Source: Balanoglossus misakiensis
Lineage: Eukaryota > Animalia > Hemichordata
DNA: 64,000 nt
Direction: 5' to 3'
Assembly: GCA_040954595.2 (NCBI GenBank)
Contig: CM082582.2
Coordinates: 13,304,327-13,368,326 of the forward strand
The translations under genes and the position numbers were made by a program. The notes beneath the pieces were generated by a model that ran no database searches, was not told the DNA's origin, and worked only from the letters and a program-made list of their open reading frames with translations. This document shows, in pieces, positions 25,834 through 39,870 of this stretch; within the stretch, counting starts at the first letter, position 1; each line of letters opens with the position of its first letter.

Positions 25834-28800
25834 CGCCCCCATCGCCGTGTTCTCTCGAGCCGTGTCAAAATGGCGGCACCTGTGACGAGAGTGACGTCAA
25901 TGGCACTTACACATGCAACTGCACGGGCATTGGATACAGTGGCGAGCACTGTACCATTGGTAAGTAAGAAATGCTTACAGTGAATGTTTATGGCAATTTT
26001 CTGTTTAATTGTTACTTGAAAAAATTAATCAAATACCCAAAGTTGATGTGTCACTTTAATGAACTATTCGATTTTCTTTGTCGTTAAAGACGATGATGAA
26101 TGTAGTGCAGAAAGCGACAACTGTCACCACAACGCGACTTGTACGAATACTCCTGGATCGTTCTCATGTATCTGCAAAAATGGTTTCTCTGGTGACGGAG
26201 TGGCGTGTACTGGTAAGGCTAAATTCAATCACTTTTATAAATGGCAAATTTCTTTCTACTCATTGAAAAACGTAACGGGCATCTTTTTCTAATATTTGCC
26301 TATATTACAGATAATGACGAATGTACAAATGGTGACAACGATTGTTTATCCGACGATGTGGCTGAATGTACCAATACCATCGGGAGTTTTCTCTGTGCTT
26401 GTAAGACAGGCTTCTCCGGAGACGGTGTTGTGGAATGCGACGGTAAGTACACCCTCTCCTCCCCTATTTCCTCAAAACCATTCGGATATGAACCTTGAAA
26501 TTGAAGTTAAGTGTTGTTACAACGACAACTGCGTCATTTATGATTTCTTTGTTTTTCAGAGATATACGAGTGCGCTTCAAATCCCTGTCAGAACGAGGCT
26601 ATCTGTCATGACAAGCACGGATATTATTTTTGTGAATGTCCGTTTGCTTACAAAGGTGTTCACTGCGAGATAGGTAAGTTCTGTCGTCGCTTTATCAAGC
26701 ACGGTCATCTTGGCAGGGAACTGTTTGAGGTTGTACGTTTGTGTAGTTCAACTATGGCATCATTTCAATTCTTGCTATTCCAGATATGACGCCGAATTAC
26801 AATTATAGCAACATTCAAGAAGTGACACCAGGGGACCTTGTACTTTCAAACATAGCCACATCAAACATTTCGTCGAATCCCTTCTACAAGCTGGCGGAAG
26901 TATACAAATCTTTGTCGAACGAGGCACAGTACACAGCGGTCGGTGGAGGATACATCCGCACCACAGGACGCGCTTCCATTGGTCACTATCCGAAGTTGGA
27001 GAGTGAACAAACTTATTTGAATATTCACGTGTCACACTGCATCAGCGATCCGTGCACGTGTGTCAACGGCTTTACTTTTTCGGCGTGGATGTACCTGTTC
27101 AATTCGCAGACAAGAAATACAACAACTGCTATCATCTACGCAGGTGCAGAATCTGGAAGCAGAACAGTGATTCAAATAAGAAATGCTCAAGTGCAGTTCG
27201 TAGGTATGTCCACGAGTATCGTATGACGTCCTCTCAACTCATGTAACTTCTTAGTATTCATGCGCTCAAAAGGAGACGTGTGCACGTGGTGTTGCAATTT
27301 TAAAATCTATATTTTCTGACTTGATTACTACTGAGTTTTGGTAACGCACCAGCTTTTAGGTTTATTGGGGTTAAGAGAATACAGCTTTTACAGTGAAGTG
27401 TGTATGGAAATTATACGGGGAAATTGTTGTTTTTGCAGTTTCCGATGGTGCTGTGGTCAATATTAGCAGCATAGATGACAGCTATATACCATGGGACACT
27501 TGGGCTCACTACGCGTTTACATGGGAACCCAGTGTGGGCTTTTCTGTGTACATCAACACCAAAAGATTGACACCAACGACAGAAACGACGGAAATCAACT
27601 CAACAGACACAGACGCCATGATCACCATTGGCAACCAGTTTAATTTCAGTTCATCGGACGCCGTAGTGAGCGATCTTGTTGTTTGGAATCGGCGTCTCTA
27701 CCAGTTTGAAGTCCATCGGCTTCTAGGAATGACGCGTAAGTTACTGTTCACATATGAACATGAAGTGAAGTGTCGTGTGGAAATGTTACACATTGAACCT
27801 GCGTAACAAATATTGGATGATATGACTCTAAACAAAGAGACAACAGGGATACAAGATTCTGGCGAAATCGCCCAATAATCATCTCATCTACTTCCTCTCC
27901 CTAGATGAAGAATACTACCACCTGTTGAACGATGATTACTATTGGACAACGGATACTTACGTCAGACGCGACCACTACGCTCTGATTGGCCAGGTGAATT
28001 CCTTGGTTGCCCATGAATCAATATTCACTCCAGCGGAGGGTTCTCTGGATTTGTCGTTCGGTCGTGACCGCAAAGGAGCCGTTGTCCACATTGAAGATAA
28101 TCCGCACGATTGGCTTCTTTTAGGTATTTTGCTTTAAACCTTTTTGTTAACCGTTTTCCCGTTTAATACATTGCGGGTGGGTTCTGGATGAGGAACACCT
28201 TTATAGAGTTGGTAGATCACACCATGCTATTTAACCGTGTCCATATCCTTCTATGTCCAATTTTAGGAGACTTCAACTCCAAATGCATAAGCGACCCAGA
28301 TCTGTGTTCTGATGGATTTGCTGTCAGTACGTGGATCAAACTACAGCAACCAGACGACACCAGTCATCATTTCCTGGTGTCCACGGGTGAGCAATCGACT
28401 CGCGGATTCAGCGTCTATCAACGAGGAGATTATCTGGGCGTGGCAGTTGCAGATGGTACAAGACGCTGGATCGTAGAACACAGACATATCGCTGATGGAG
28501 GTAAAACAGAACTTGTGAATTTATGTTCTCATGAGATTGAAGTAAAATGTAATTGATGAAACCTGCAAATGGTAGATGTCTTGGAACAGGCTCAAACTAA
28601 TCTTGTAATATATATTTTTTCTCCGAACCAGTTACATGGGTTAATGTCGGACTGTCATGGCGACATCTGGACGGTCTGCTGCTCTTCCTAGATGGCAGAC
28701 TTGTCGGTGTCGACACAAAAGGATATCGCAAGATAAGAGCGAACGATCTGGACACAAGACTGACAGTTGGTAGAAGGAACGATTTTCTGGGAAACTTCGC

Positions 28801-31800
28801 TAATATGACATTCGAGTCCCTGTCTCTGTGGGAGAGATTCGTCGATGCTTGGGAAGCGAGGCAGACCTTCTACCTGACAGGTACACCATTATAGTTTCAA
28901 ATTTTCTTTGACAAAAGCCCACCGTATGTTGAATCTTATAGTGAGTTGATATGAACTTTTCTTCCCTTTGAATAGACAATGGTAACTATGACGACGCTGC
29001 GTACTACTGGGACGCCAGAAAACTCATCTCTTCCACGTTTGAAATCTTGAAGGAGAAGAAATTAACCAACCCCTCTGTACCGATTGGCCCGAATAACCAT
29101 GTTATTTGGGAAGATAGCGATACAGTGAAACTGGTGGGAAATTATTCTTGTATTGTCCTTGGTAAGTTGAGGCGTATGGCGAAAAATATTCAAGATGGCG
29201 GTGTACTTTAGACGACGATTTTGCCATTTTATTTAGTACCCATTCCTCTCGCAGGATTATACACAAATGTTCTCCTTTTGCAGGAAACTTTGAGGGGGAA
29301 TGTCTTCAGAATCCCAGTGTGTGCCGGAATGGATTGAGTGTTTCAATGTGGATACGATTCAACAACGTCACAAAAGAATCCAATCACAACAACACTGCAA
29401 GACAAAGCATTGTCACGTGAGCTTTATTTGAATATTTTTTTTCAATTGCATCATTTCGTGGAACTAGATTTCAGGCTTAATCTGGACAGGATGAGAATGA
29501 TATGTGTTGCTTGTGTGTTTGTTATACCTAAAGTGTCTTCTTGCAGATCTGGAGCCACTGAAGGACTGTTGGCAGAGGGATTCAGCATAGTGCAATCTGG
29601 TTCTGATTTGGTTGTGACTGTGAGAGACTCCAACATTGTATGGGAGGCTGTTGTTCCGCTGACGGTATGGAAATGGCTCAGTCAGTATACTTTGACGTTT
29701 CATCATCGACACAGATAAGAGATATATCACATACACGTGGACAGTCTGACAGGTGAACCACGTCTGTACTCAAAGCATGTAACACTTTTTATTTGCAGTC
29801 TGTTCCTGAAGGCATCTGGTTCAGCTTGGCGTTCATCTGGAGCCCGAACGAAAACATCACCGTGTTTGTAAACGGTGTCTCTGTAGCGTACACCTGTCGA
29901 CAGACCAACGAAGCGACAGCTGACACATATGACGCCCTCACTGTCGGCTGTAAACTCTCGTCAGCCGGTACATACGAGGAATTTGCAGATCTCGATGTTT
30001 ATAGTCTGGTCATATGGGATGAATACACGTACAGTGCGAACGTACACAGACTCCTTGGGATGACAGGTGAGAAACTGTCTACATGTACATGTAAATTCAA
30101 GTTGGCGCGCCGCGTTCTCGGGGTTTTATGGCCTACTTTTGTCTGAGTTGTGCCAGGTCTGATTTGAAAATTATGCATCAATCAATCTTTTCCTTCCTTG
30201 CAGCTTCTGAGTGGAGTCACTACATCAAAGCTGATATCTTCTGGTCCTTCGAATCAACCACTCCTCTTCAACTTGATCGCCCATTTCACCTACACGGCAC
30301 TGCGACCTTCGTGAACGACCTATATTTCTCTGGGAGGGCCGTCTACACAGACGGAACAGCTGGATACGTCATGCTTGGTGACTTCAGGGATCACTGTCTC
30401 AGTGACCCAAGCCTGTGTCAAAATGGCTTCGTTGTTGCATTCTGGGTGAAAATGTACGACATTCCACTGCGGAACGGGGTTCTGCTGACTACAGGAGGCC
30501 AGAAAAATGGTAAGAATTAACAGTCTATAAATTTGGTCTCATCCAACTATCATCTATACGAAACTTTCCGTATGATCCAAAGAAATGTGAAAACAAGCGT
30601 TCATGATTTCAATCATCATGATGAACTCGCCATGGTATTCCATTAATTGATTCGCAGGCGAGAGAGGCATAGCCATTATACAGACGCCAACGTCACTGAC
30701 ATTTACTGTGGCCGATGGAACCATACTGTGGAATTTGGAAGTTTCTGAGCAGGATGGTTTGTACCGCTACGATGAATGGATACGCGTTGCGATGGCGTGG
30801 TCATTAGATGATGGACTGAGTGCATGTATTGGAGGGCAACTTGCTGCATCGTTGGTAAGATAGTGGACTCAGTATGTTCTATATTCCATTGTTGTATCTA
30901 CCCAACATAGATACTTCTATACCATAGATAACAACGATGTGTTGATAGACAATACAAGCATAAACAATGGAAAAGCGTACCCAAGAACTTCGGCCAAAAA
31001 CGCGTCAGTTTCATTTTCCCCTAGGCAACCGGCATGACCCATTTCCGATCAGCCAATGACCACACCGAACTGACACTTGGACGGGCCAACCACAAAGCCA
31101 CGGCGTATTTAGAGGCCCACTTCGATGACGTCATGGTGATTCTTCCAGACGCCGGAGAAGTGATGGAATGCGAACATCTCTCGAAGGGCGAAGGTAACAA
31201 CGTTTGTGTTCCGTATGGGGTTGCATGTTCCTTATTTGGTGCTGTAACGGGCCTGGGGAAACTGTCTAGGTTGATCTTATGTTCTCCAGTTTCATTTCAA
31301 CTGAATTTCGAATGTCTCTTTAATCCCAGCCACTGGTTACGACACAGCGGATGAGTATTTCGACCTAGCAGATCCGGACAGCGATGTTGAAATGGCAGAC
31401 ACCACACTGACCACTGATAGAAACGGATACGGCGAGGACGCTGTCGAAACAAGAAACGAGAATTCTTTCGGGTACATCGACGTCGGTGACTATAGTGGTC
31501 GCTGCATAAGCGACCCAACGAAATGTCCAAACAACGGCATAACGATGTCGTTGTGGGTTCAACTCGGCAATACCAGTCACTTCAACGATAACGTCACCAA
31601 CCCTGGGCGTGTCGGGTACATTTTGAGGTAAGCGAGACACTGAGATGACTAGATGAATCTAAACTACTGAGTGTTTTACCACATTTCGGAGATTTAAATA
31701 AGAAACTACAGTACACACCACGGAACAAAGATACCTGAATATGAAATGTATATGATTTCAGCTCCGGAGCAGATATTGGTCGGGGATTTTCAGTGCATGC

Positions 31801-32837
31801 AAGCAGGAACACGACTTGCTTCTTGGTTCATAACGGTCAGAAGATCTGGCAGATCGAGATGGACTATATTTTTGATGACAACTGGATTAACATCGCCATT
31901 TCATGGAGTGGAGTCAGTGGTCTGAAGGTTTATCTCAACGGCACTTTAGCAGGTGAAGATTTCGGTTGCATTGTTAGTACTTTTATTATATGTCTAACTG
32001 TACACATTTCAGCAATGTGGTTTGTTTGAGATAAGTTTTGTTGTCATTGTTGTTCTTCAGGTGCGGACGAGGCTGGTACCAACGATACATCTCGACAAGA
32101 CCTCGTCAGCAACTTTATTATCGGTAGGAGGAACGACGCCAATCGGGACTATTCAGGAGGAATATTTGACGATCTCGCGATATGGTACGAGACCTTCGAC
32201 GATGAATTTGCAACAGACTTGCGTGGAAGGTTAACTGGAGAAAATGTGAAAGCTGTTAGTAAGTTGGTGTTATTAAATCCTTGAAAATTGAACAAAGCAT
32301 TAACTGGTGGTCGTCTAAAGTACACAGCAGACACACAGACAGGAATGCTTACTGGCTCATTTTTGCCTGTTTACAGAAATCACAGATAACCATGACGAAC
32401 TGGACGCACTGTCTGCATTCACTGGTTACCATGACTGCGCTGAGCGTCACGAAGCTGACTGTTCCAGGACTATCGATGAACTCTATCAGATTGTAAGTCT
32501 ACTTTACCAGTGTCACGTGACACACAGACCCTTCTGCGTTCTTTACATGCACAAACATGTAATATGCTCAGAGGGTTTTCAATCAATTTGATTTTCCTCT
32601 CTCTTGTGATATAATTAGATAATGCAAGACACACTGGACGAAGTTGGTTTTGCCAGTGTTTTGCAGACGCTGGACGAATTCCTGGAATCCGATATGTACT
32701 TCACGTCAAGTGACCTGCAGACATCAGTGCATATATTTGAAAAGCTTGTGTCGAAAGTTAGACCAGTAGACATGAACCTGACAGATATTGAAGAAGAGGT
32801 TTCAGTGAGTATTGCAACGATTTATCATCATCATCAT

Positions 32838-32869
<32 letters not shown>

Positions 32870-35800
32870 TCATCGTAGTCGTCGTCGTCGTCGTCATTAT
32901 GATCGCCGTCGTTACTAACACATTAAAGAAAATTGTGATTTTTTTTACAGGAATTGATGAGCATTGCAAGCAAAATTCTCTATCCAGTGTGGATGACCAA
33001 ATGGGATGAAGTACATCTTGTAAGTGATTTATGTTTTCATCATCTTTCTGTATATGTAAAGGAACCAGAACTTGTTACACGCTACAAGTTCGTCAAATAC
33101 TGAAGTAAAATTCTTTATTTTATACGACAGACCCAGTCGGGCACTTCCGAATTGGTGCGCACACTGGACGATTGGGCCTTGCAGTTGACGTCACATTATC
33201 ATGGAGAAATCGATATTATCATCACAGCTGATAACATAGGTAGAGGACATCTTTAGACTTTGGGTGTCAAATTGTTTAAAATCGTCGATCCACATCAACA
33301 ACTAACACGTCATATCACTTATAGAGCTCTTTATCAATTTTATACACCACAGTGACGGAAATTAAGAAATTTCCAGTACCCGATTCGACTTTTGGCCAAT
33401 CGATGATCTTCCCAGACTATGAAGATTTGAGATGGAATCGCACAGTAAGGCAATGGGATCTCACAGACAATTTTCGCATACCGAATGACATCTTTGCCTA
33501 TTCTGAAGACGGTAAGAATTTTCTTTAAATGTGCAATTTCTTTGTCAGATTTATCTAAAAACGACTGGCGATGAGAGTGCAACTTTGTGTTCTAATTTCA
33601 GGTTTTGAGTATGCCACGTTTATATATACAAGTTACAATTCATTGAGTGGGATGTATGCAGTTGCTACTGACGACAGGTACGTCACCTTCGATCTTGCTA
33701 TTATGGTTACATCTCTAATACATCTGATAAGTATTATCGTATGTGATATTATACAAGTATTTGCCTGTGTGTGTTTGTTCAAAACATAATTTTTTTTCTA
33801 TCAAGCTTCGAACTTGGAGAAGGTCAAGAGTTCACTCTAGGAAGTCGAGTTATTTCTCTTCAGATGTCACCGCCGCTGAGTCAGGATCTTGACAATCCTG
33901 TCCAAGTCACTCTTCAACATTCGAGGGTGGGTTTGAGATTTTCAATCGATGTTTTTCAGAGAACTATTGCCAGAGAGCCAATGTATTGTCTGCGAAACTG
34001 TCTACATACCTTCATATGTTTGGCCAAGAATCTCTTTGAACTTGTTCGCATGTCTCTTCTAGGATTTGTTATCTGGAGAAGAACCAGTTTGTGCCCATTG
34101 GAACTTCAGTGAACCGTGAGTAGGATTTCATAACTTTTCAACCGAGTGGCGTTAACATAACGCCATCTGTTTCACTATTCCAAGAACCAGCAAGTAACCA
34201 AAGTTAACAAGACTGATAATAATGCAATTTGCGTGTATTTCGACTGAATGTTTGCGGTCTTATTTTGATTTCAGTAACACAATATTTGGAGCTTGGAGCA
34301 CATCTGGATGTTCGTTACGGAAGAGAAATACCACCCATAGCACCTGTGACTGTGTTCATCTCACTAATTTCGTCATCGTTGTGAAATCGCCAGAACAAAT
34401 CGTAAGTAGAGATTGAGACACTTAATTACAACATCAACCTCATTTTCTGTATGCCTCCAGCTATACCTACCAGCGACCCAACTACCCACTGTAAGATTAA
34501 TCCGTCGACACAAGAGTAAATGTTCGTTTTCCCTTTCTTTGACCAGATCAAATCCAAAGATGATGTCATCATAGAACGCATAACGATAATTGGTGGATGC
34601 ATTTCTATGGGATTGCTCGTGTTGCTTATCATTGTATATCTCTGCGTCGAGTAAGTAGGTTTGATTCAGCGTTCTTGTCCGGGGGGGGGGGGGGAGATTT
34701 TCAAGAGGGAAAACCTCTCCTGTTAAGATAGTCTGCCGCCGAGAGAATCCCAGACAGCTGTGTATGATGTGCGTTAGTTATTTCATTCAGTCTTTCTGAT
34801 TAACGTGGAGACCTTTATCTGCTAATGGTTGAGTAAAATATCGTTTTAAAATTGAATGCTTACCTCCCCTGTCGACGATGCATCATTGATGAAATTTATA
34901 TGTTTCAGTTACCTGCGAACTGTGCGCCATGCCATTCACGTGAACACGTACCTGGCTGTGATTGGCGCCACCGTGACGCTTATTCTCAACGACTACCTGC
35001 ATGACAACGAGGTAGGTGTTCGATTATACAATACTTTGCATTCAACGAACCGCGAATCGGTGATAAATTGACCAATTTTACGACTGTCGGTCGATTAGGT
35101 TTTATCACAAGATGGCTGAATATCACTCTTCGTCGCTTCCGATTTTACAAACACTAAATATCAAGAAGCAGTGACGATGTCGACGCTGTGATGGCGTCAT
35201 ATAGTCATGGTTCATTAAATTTTAACATCCATGGACAAACCTAAAGAGACGACAAATATGGCCTATCACATTACACCCGAACGAAAGTGAGAAACTTTTA
35301 TTTTCGTCCCATTTCTTTCAGAATATCTGCAGAATTCTTGGAGCGTGTCTGCACTTCTTTTCCTTAGCCTCGTTGTCGTGGATGGTATTGGAAGGAATCG
35401 ACATCCTTGCAGAAATCAAGAAAGTCTTCCAAGACGAGAAGGAAAGCAAAGAGATTCGGTCTAGGCCTACATGTAAATGCGCATGTCCGGGAAGATACCG
35501 ATATTATATCATCCTGGGATGGGGTAAGTCTTCCCTTATTTGGAAACGTCTATCATACGTCTATTACTTTCAAGCCACTTCCATTCATGGGGACAAACTT
35601 CTCTTTGGGCAAAAAGTATTGTATTTTTTTAAATGAACAAATTGACGTTTTTACAGGATTACCACCACTCGTTGTTGGCACGACTTTAGCACTGACGTTA
35701 GACGGGTATGGATACAACCATATGTAAGTGTCTCTGATGGCTATTGATTTCTCTAACTCGCGATCGTAGGGTTTACCATGATGTAGCATAGCCTATTCAA

Positions 35801-37326
35801 ACTAATAGTAATGATGTGCACTTGGTGATGGACAACGACTGTCAGTACAAACATTTGTTTTGCCAACCTAGAACCATCAGCTGACCAAGCCAATAACATT
35901 ACATCTCTGCTATTATTCTCACATTCTTTCCAGTTGCTGGCTGTCAACCGATAACTTTTTGTATCTGGCATTTGCTGGTCCGGCAGCAGCGTTGTTGTTT
36001 GTAAGTTTGTTCTCAAATATGTTCGTGTTTCACTCGTGCAGATAGAATTTTTCTCTGAGAGATGAATTTAATACACTATATGACTAAAACAATGACATAT
36101 CTTTGCAGGTCCACTACATAATGATACTTGACATCAAGAGAAATAAATATGTTCATAGGAATACGGCCAATTTTAACTCAGGATTCAAGTAGGTTATACA
36201 TACTATCCTCTTATTTTAACTTTGGCGTCAGCTTCAGTGATCATATTCAATATGTAAAACGTAGGATTAGTCATGGGAAATAAGAATTGCTTGAATTCAT
36301 TTACATGCATGGTTTAACTATTTTTTTTTCTACTCAAGGTCGGATTTTCGTGCGGCCGCCATCTTACCCTCGTTGCTATGCACAGGGTGGGTGTTCGGTA
36401 TTCTCTTCCTCCAAGGCGACTACATCGTATATCGGTACGTGTTCATCACTTTGCTGTCGTGTCAGGTAAGTTTACGTTTATTCATGGTTCAAACTCTAAA
36501 TCAAGTAAATACAGTCTTGTACCAAAATAATTTTTCATTCAATTTGCAATTTGTTTTTTCCCTTAGGGCTTTTTCATATTTATTCTCCACGGTATTTGTT
36601 CAAATGAGGTATGTGATTCTTTCTCGCTCTCTTGAATCTTTGCGACCAAAGACATCGTTTAATAATGAGGATTGCCAAACACTAGTAAATACTCAAATCT
36701 CCAGAAACAGATGCCATGGCGACTGAAGAATAATGTTGGTTCCCATGTATATCTCGTTTGATTACTTTCGAAGTTTTTTTTTCTTGATCCCTGCAGGTAA
36801 GATTTGCGTGCTTACGAAGGGACCCCGATGTTGAGTTTACTTCTATCAAACGGATTTCAATAGTAAGTAAACGGAATGAATCGACAACTATCGCTAATTA
36901 ACTAAACAGATTTAGCATAGAGACACCGTTATAACAGGTGTTAGTTATACAGATCATCCAAAGTATCGCCGACATTCCGTCATGTTGGCCAGAAAAGAAA
37001 CACCCAATAACAGCCAATATCATACTTTTTTTTCAGTCCCAGAAGTTACCACAGCCAATCCAGTGTAAGTACATTTGTATTCATGAGACATTTCTAAATG
37101 TATTGCACTTGCGCGTACTTCGGTATTAATCGACCTGTTTGGTCTTAGACTTATGTTAGAAAATGGTCAAATGTCTGTTGTTAAGTACCTCGCGGATTAA
37201 ACTGTTTATGTTTATCATTATTTGTTTTTTAGTTGGACGGATTAGTTTCTACATTTAAAGGAAATTCAAAGTCTTCAGTTTCATCAAATTTTGCTCCATA
37301 TTTTATACGTCACAGACCACAGTTGA
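25834..37326 (+). CDS. Adhesion GPCR B (ADGRD1/GPR133-like): 4 EGF, 5 pentraxin/LamG domains, GAIN/GPS, 7TM; no adjacent 5' exon found
   Basis: EGF exons 25834-26672; five repeats of G[DN][FY]xxxC[IL]x[DN]PxxCxxGxxxxxW (~27030, 28269, 29284, 30377, 31486); GPS exon 34275-34401 ([10 protein letters not shown]); 7TM exons ([25 protein letters not shown]) ~34547-36608; ends QPIQ|YHS*. Confidence 0.88.
32824..32913. repeat. Compound (CAT)n(CAC)n(CGT)n microsatellite, intronic
   Basis: Direct repeat after the donor gtgagt at ~32805. Confidence 0.9.
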
Positions 37327-38726
37327 AGATCTCAGTCTGGGGGTTGATTGTGTAAAAGCAGGGAAAAATTTGAAGAGGACAAAGGGACTGAAAATCGTGT
37401 ATAGCGAGGGATCTTAAGGAATCTTGGAGTATGTGGTTTTGTATCGAATCTACCTTTTCTCATGGTAATCAATAATTTCGGCAGAAAAGCGTTTGTATTT
37501 TTGGTTCTCTCAACATTTGTGATTTCTTTAGCCTACTTCTGTGTCACTTTTTTGTTTTGTTGTGCGCTTTTGATTTAATCACTGTAAAAGCGCAATATCA
37601 AGGAATAAATCTATTATTATTATCTTGAGTAAATTGGTCTTTCTCAGTGGTTGATTCAGCGAGATGGCAAAATAGGTCGTTAGTATGATGTTATCTGAAG
37701 CTGGAATAGGGTTCATCCGGCGGTACCGTTGAGGGCATGCTAAAAAAGACCTTGCGGTCAGCAAACGACCTTGAAAGATGGTATATGAATTAATCATTGT
37801 ACTACTGTAGTAGGTATTGGCATTGCATGTTTTTCAAGATATCGGCCTTGTCACTTTTTGACAACAATTTACCTAGCGATTGGCCCTGACCTTATCTCCC
37901 GTACCAGTTCCATATAGGCTATATGAGAAATGCATTTCTGTGTTCATATTATGAAAATGGTGTTTACTGACTACATTATGACGCACGCGCACTGCTGGTA
38001 TAAAGACCAATTTAATCGATTATGGCATTGCGTAAGTCAACGAAATAAGAGCAACTTTGGGTGTTGAACATCAAGACGGAGAAGTGCAAGAGATTCCGGA
38101 CGCCAAGAAGTTTCTCTGCCAGTCTTCTCATCTCACGATGCTATGATGTAACTTCGGAATGTGTCGGCAGATCCAGGTTTCAGTCGGAAGATTATGTCAA
38201 TCATACCTGTATATGAAGAAACGAAGCAGTAAGTAAACTTGTAGTGTGTTATCATCTTTTTATACCGAACTCTGGCATGATTTCCACATCTTTCTTATAT
38301 GCGACGCGTTCATAGCGCCCCTAACGCCGAAACCGAATGATTTATTTGCGTATTTGAAGTTTCATAACATGGTTTGTTATTACAATATATTTTTATTTCA
38401 CTCATTAAAACTGCGTCCACACGAACAAATAGAAAAAAGTAATTTGCATGAATCGATTGGATAACTGTTTTTTCCGAGACGGAAGTACTTGGGAAGAAAG
38501 GAATCGGCCGCGCAATCAATAAATCGAGTCGGGTTTGACGCAATACACTAAGCAAATAATGAATTATTTATATTCATGCAGGTCATGGTGTTAATCGTTT
38601 CTTTCGTGGATGAGAATGCGTTAAATGGAATCTTGGAGGTCTGTTTTCTTACTGGTCATGAATAATGGTAATTTTAACATCATTTTAACACGGTCTTTAT
38701 CGCGTTGCACACTAACGTATGCATCA

Positions 38727-38830
38727 GCCGAAATAGCTCAGTTGGGAGAGCGTTAGACTGAAGATCTAAAGGTCCCTGGTTCAAACCGGCGAACTCGCAC
38801 GAGTTCGGAGAACTATCCCGGGTTTCGGCA
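38727..38830 (+). tRNA. tRNA-Phe: tRNA-Phe(GAA) with 31-nt insertion in the T-loop (38785-38815)
   Basis: GCCGAAATAGCTCAGTTGGGAGAGCGTTAGACTGAAGATCTAAAGGTCCCTGGTTCAA[31 nt]TCCCGGGTTTCGGCA; removing the insert gives a canonical 73-nt metazoan tRNA-Phe; T-run terminator at ~38838. Confidence 0.9.
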
Positions 38831-39582
38831 TTGATTCTTTTTTATTGCATTTTTTTATTTATATTACCCTCTTCTGTCTCCTTTAAATTGTTAATGTTTA
38901 TTTTCATTTCACATTTCACACGCTTTGGGCAAATTTATTGCTAAACCGTGTCGATCGTCGAAGTTTACATTTTGTTTACCTTAAGGTTAAACATTAATTT
39001 TTCGTTTGATTTCAGAAAAAAACTACTTAGATTGGTATCGCCGTTGAAGATATACCGGTGGTACTTGGCAAAAAGTTGGAGATGGTCGATGGAAAGACGT
39101 GATGGAGGAAGGGAAGAAAACCATTACAATTATGAGCATATCCTTTTATGTTTATTTTTGGGCCTGTGATATAGCAATTGTTGTTTGGTGGTGATTTTCC
39201 AACCACTATAAATTTATTTTTTACCATGTGCGCGCAACATATTACAGATAATCCTCAGCAGATCCAGACCTCATATAAGTGGGCAAAAATTCCAATATGA
39301 TAAAAAAGCCATGGTTTCTTCATTTTGGTTAGTTTTCAGATTTCTGAACTTGGAACTAAAAATAAAAATAAACCCGGAACGCCATGGTTTTCTTGATTTC
39401 GTTCTTCGTCGGCTTTGATCATTGCCGCTTGAAAGGTCTTGGAGAGTTGAGTCTGTCGCGCGAATTGCGTATGAATGCTACCGACGAAAACTGACCAGCA
39501 AGATTGTTTCAACCTCCGGGTAAATTGGTTAAAAGTCATGAAAGTGAAAGATCTAGATCTATTCCAAAAAATGTTGAACATT

Positions 39583-39635
39583 CCCCTGTTCAAACCGGCG
39601 AACTCGCACGAGTTCGGAGAACTATTGTTTCGGCA
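39583..39635 (+). pseudogene. Degenerate 3' fragment of the insertion-bearing tRNA-Phe
   Basis: cccctgttcaa + identical 31-nt insert (39594-39624) + ttgtttcggca; 5' half and T-stem disrupted. Confidence 0.8.
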
Positions 39636-39870
39636 ATAATTTTTCTTGCAGTTTTTTCAAGTTTCACAATCTTCTTCGTCTTGGTCAGTTTTCGAAGGTT
39701 CATTTTGGTGGCCGGCAAGCCAAAACTTGAAGTATTTTACTATTTACCATACTTTCAGATACAATGTACATGTACTTGTATATGAAAACAACTTTTTGTT
39801 ACTATTAGTAACCTCATCCAGATAAAACGATTTCATTTTTGTCTGAAACTTGTATCCATGTTATTCGCAG

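Noticed and set aside
32805-32918. Poly-His/Arg extension
   Set aside because: Lies after a gtgagt donor; intronic trinucleotide repeat.
37233-37258. Alternative last exon FGRISFYI* for receptor B
   Set aside because: Possible, but YHS* at 37316-37326 parallels receptor C's YFG* and is preferred; no transcript evidence available.
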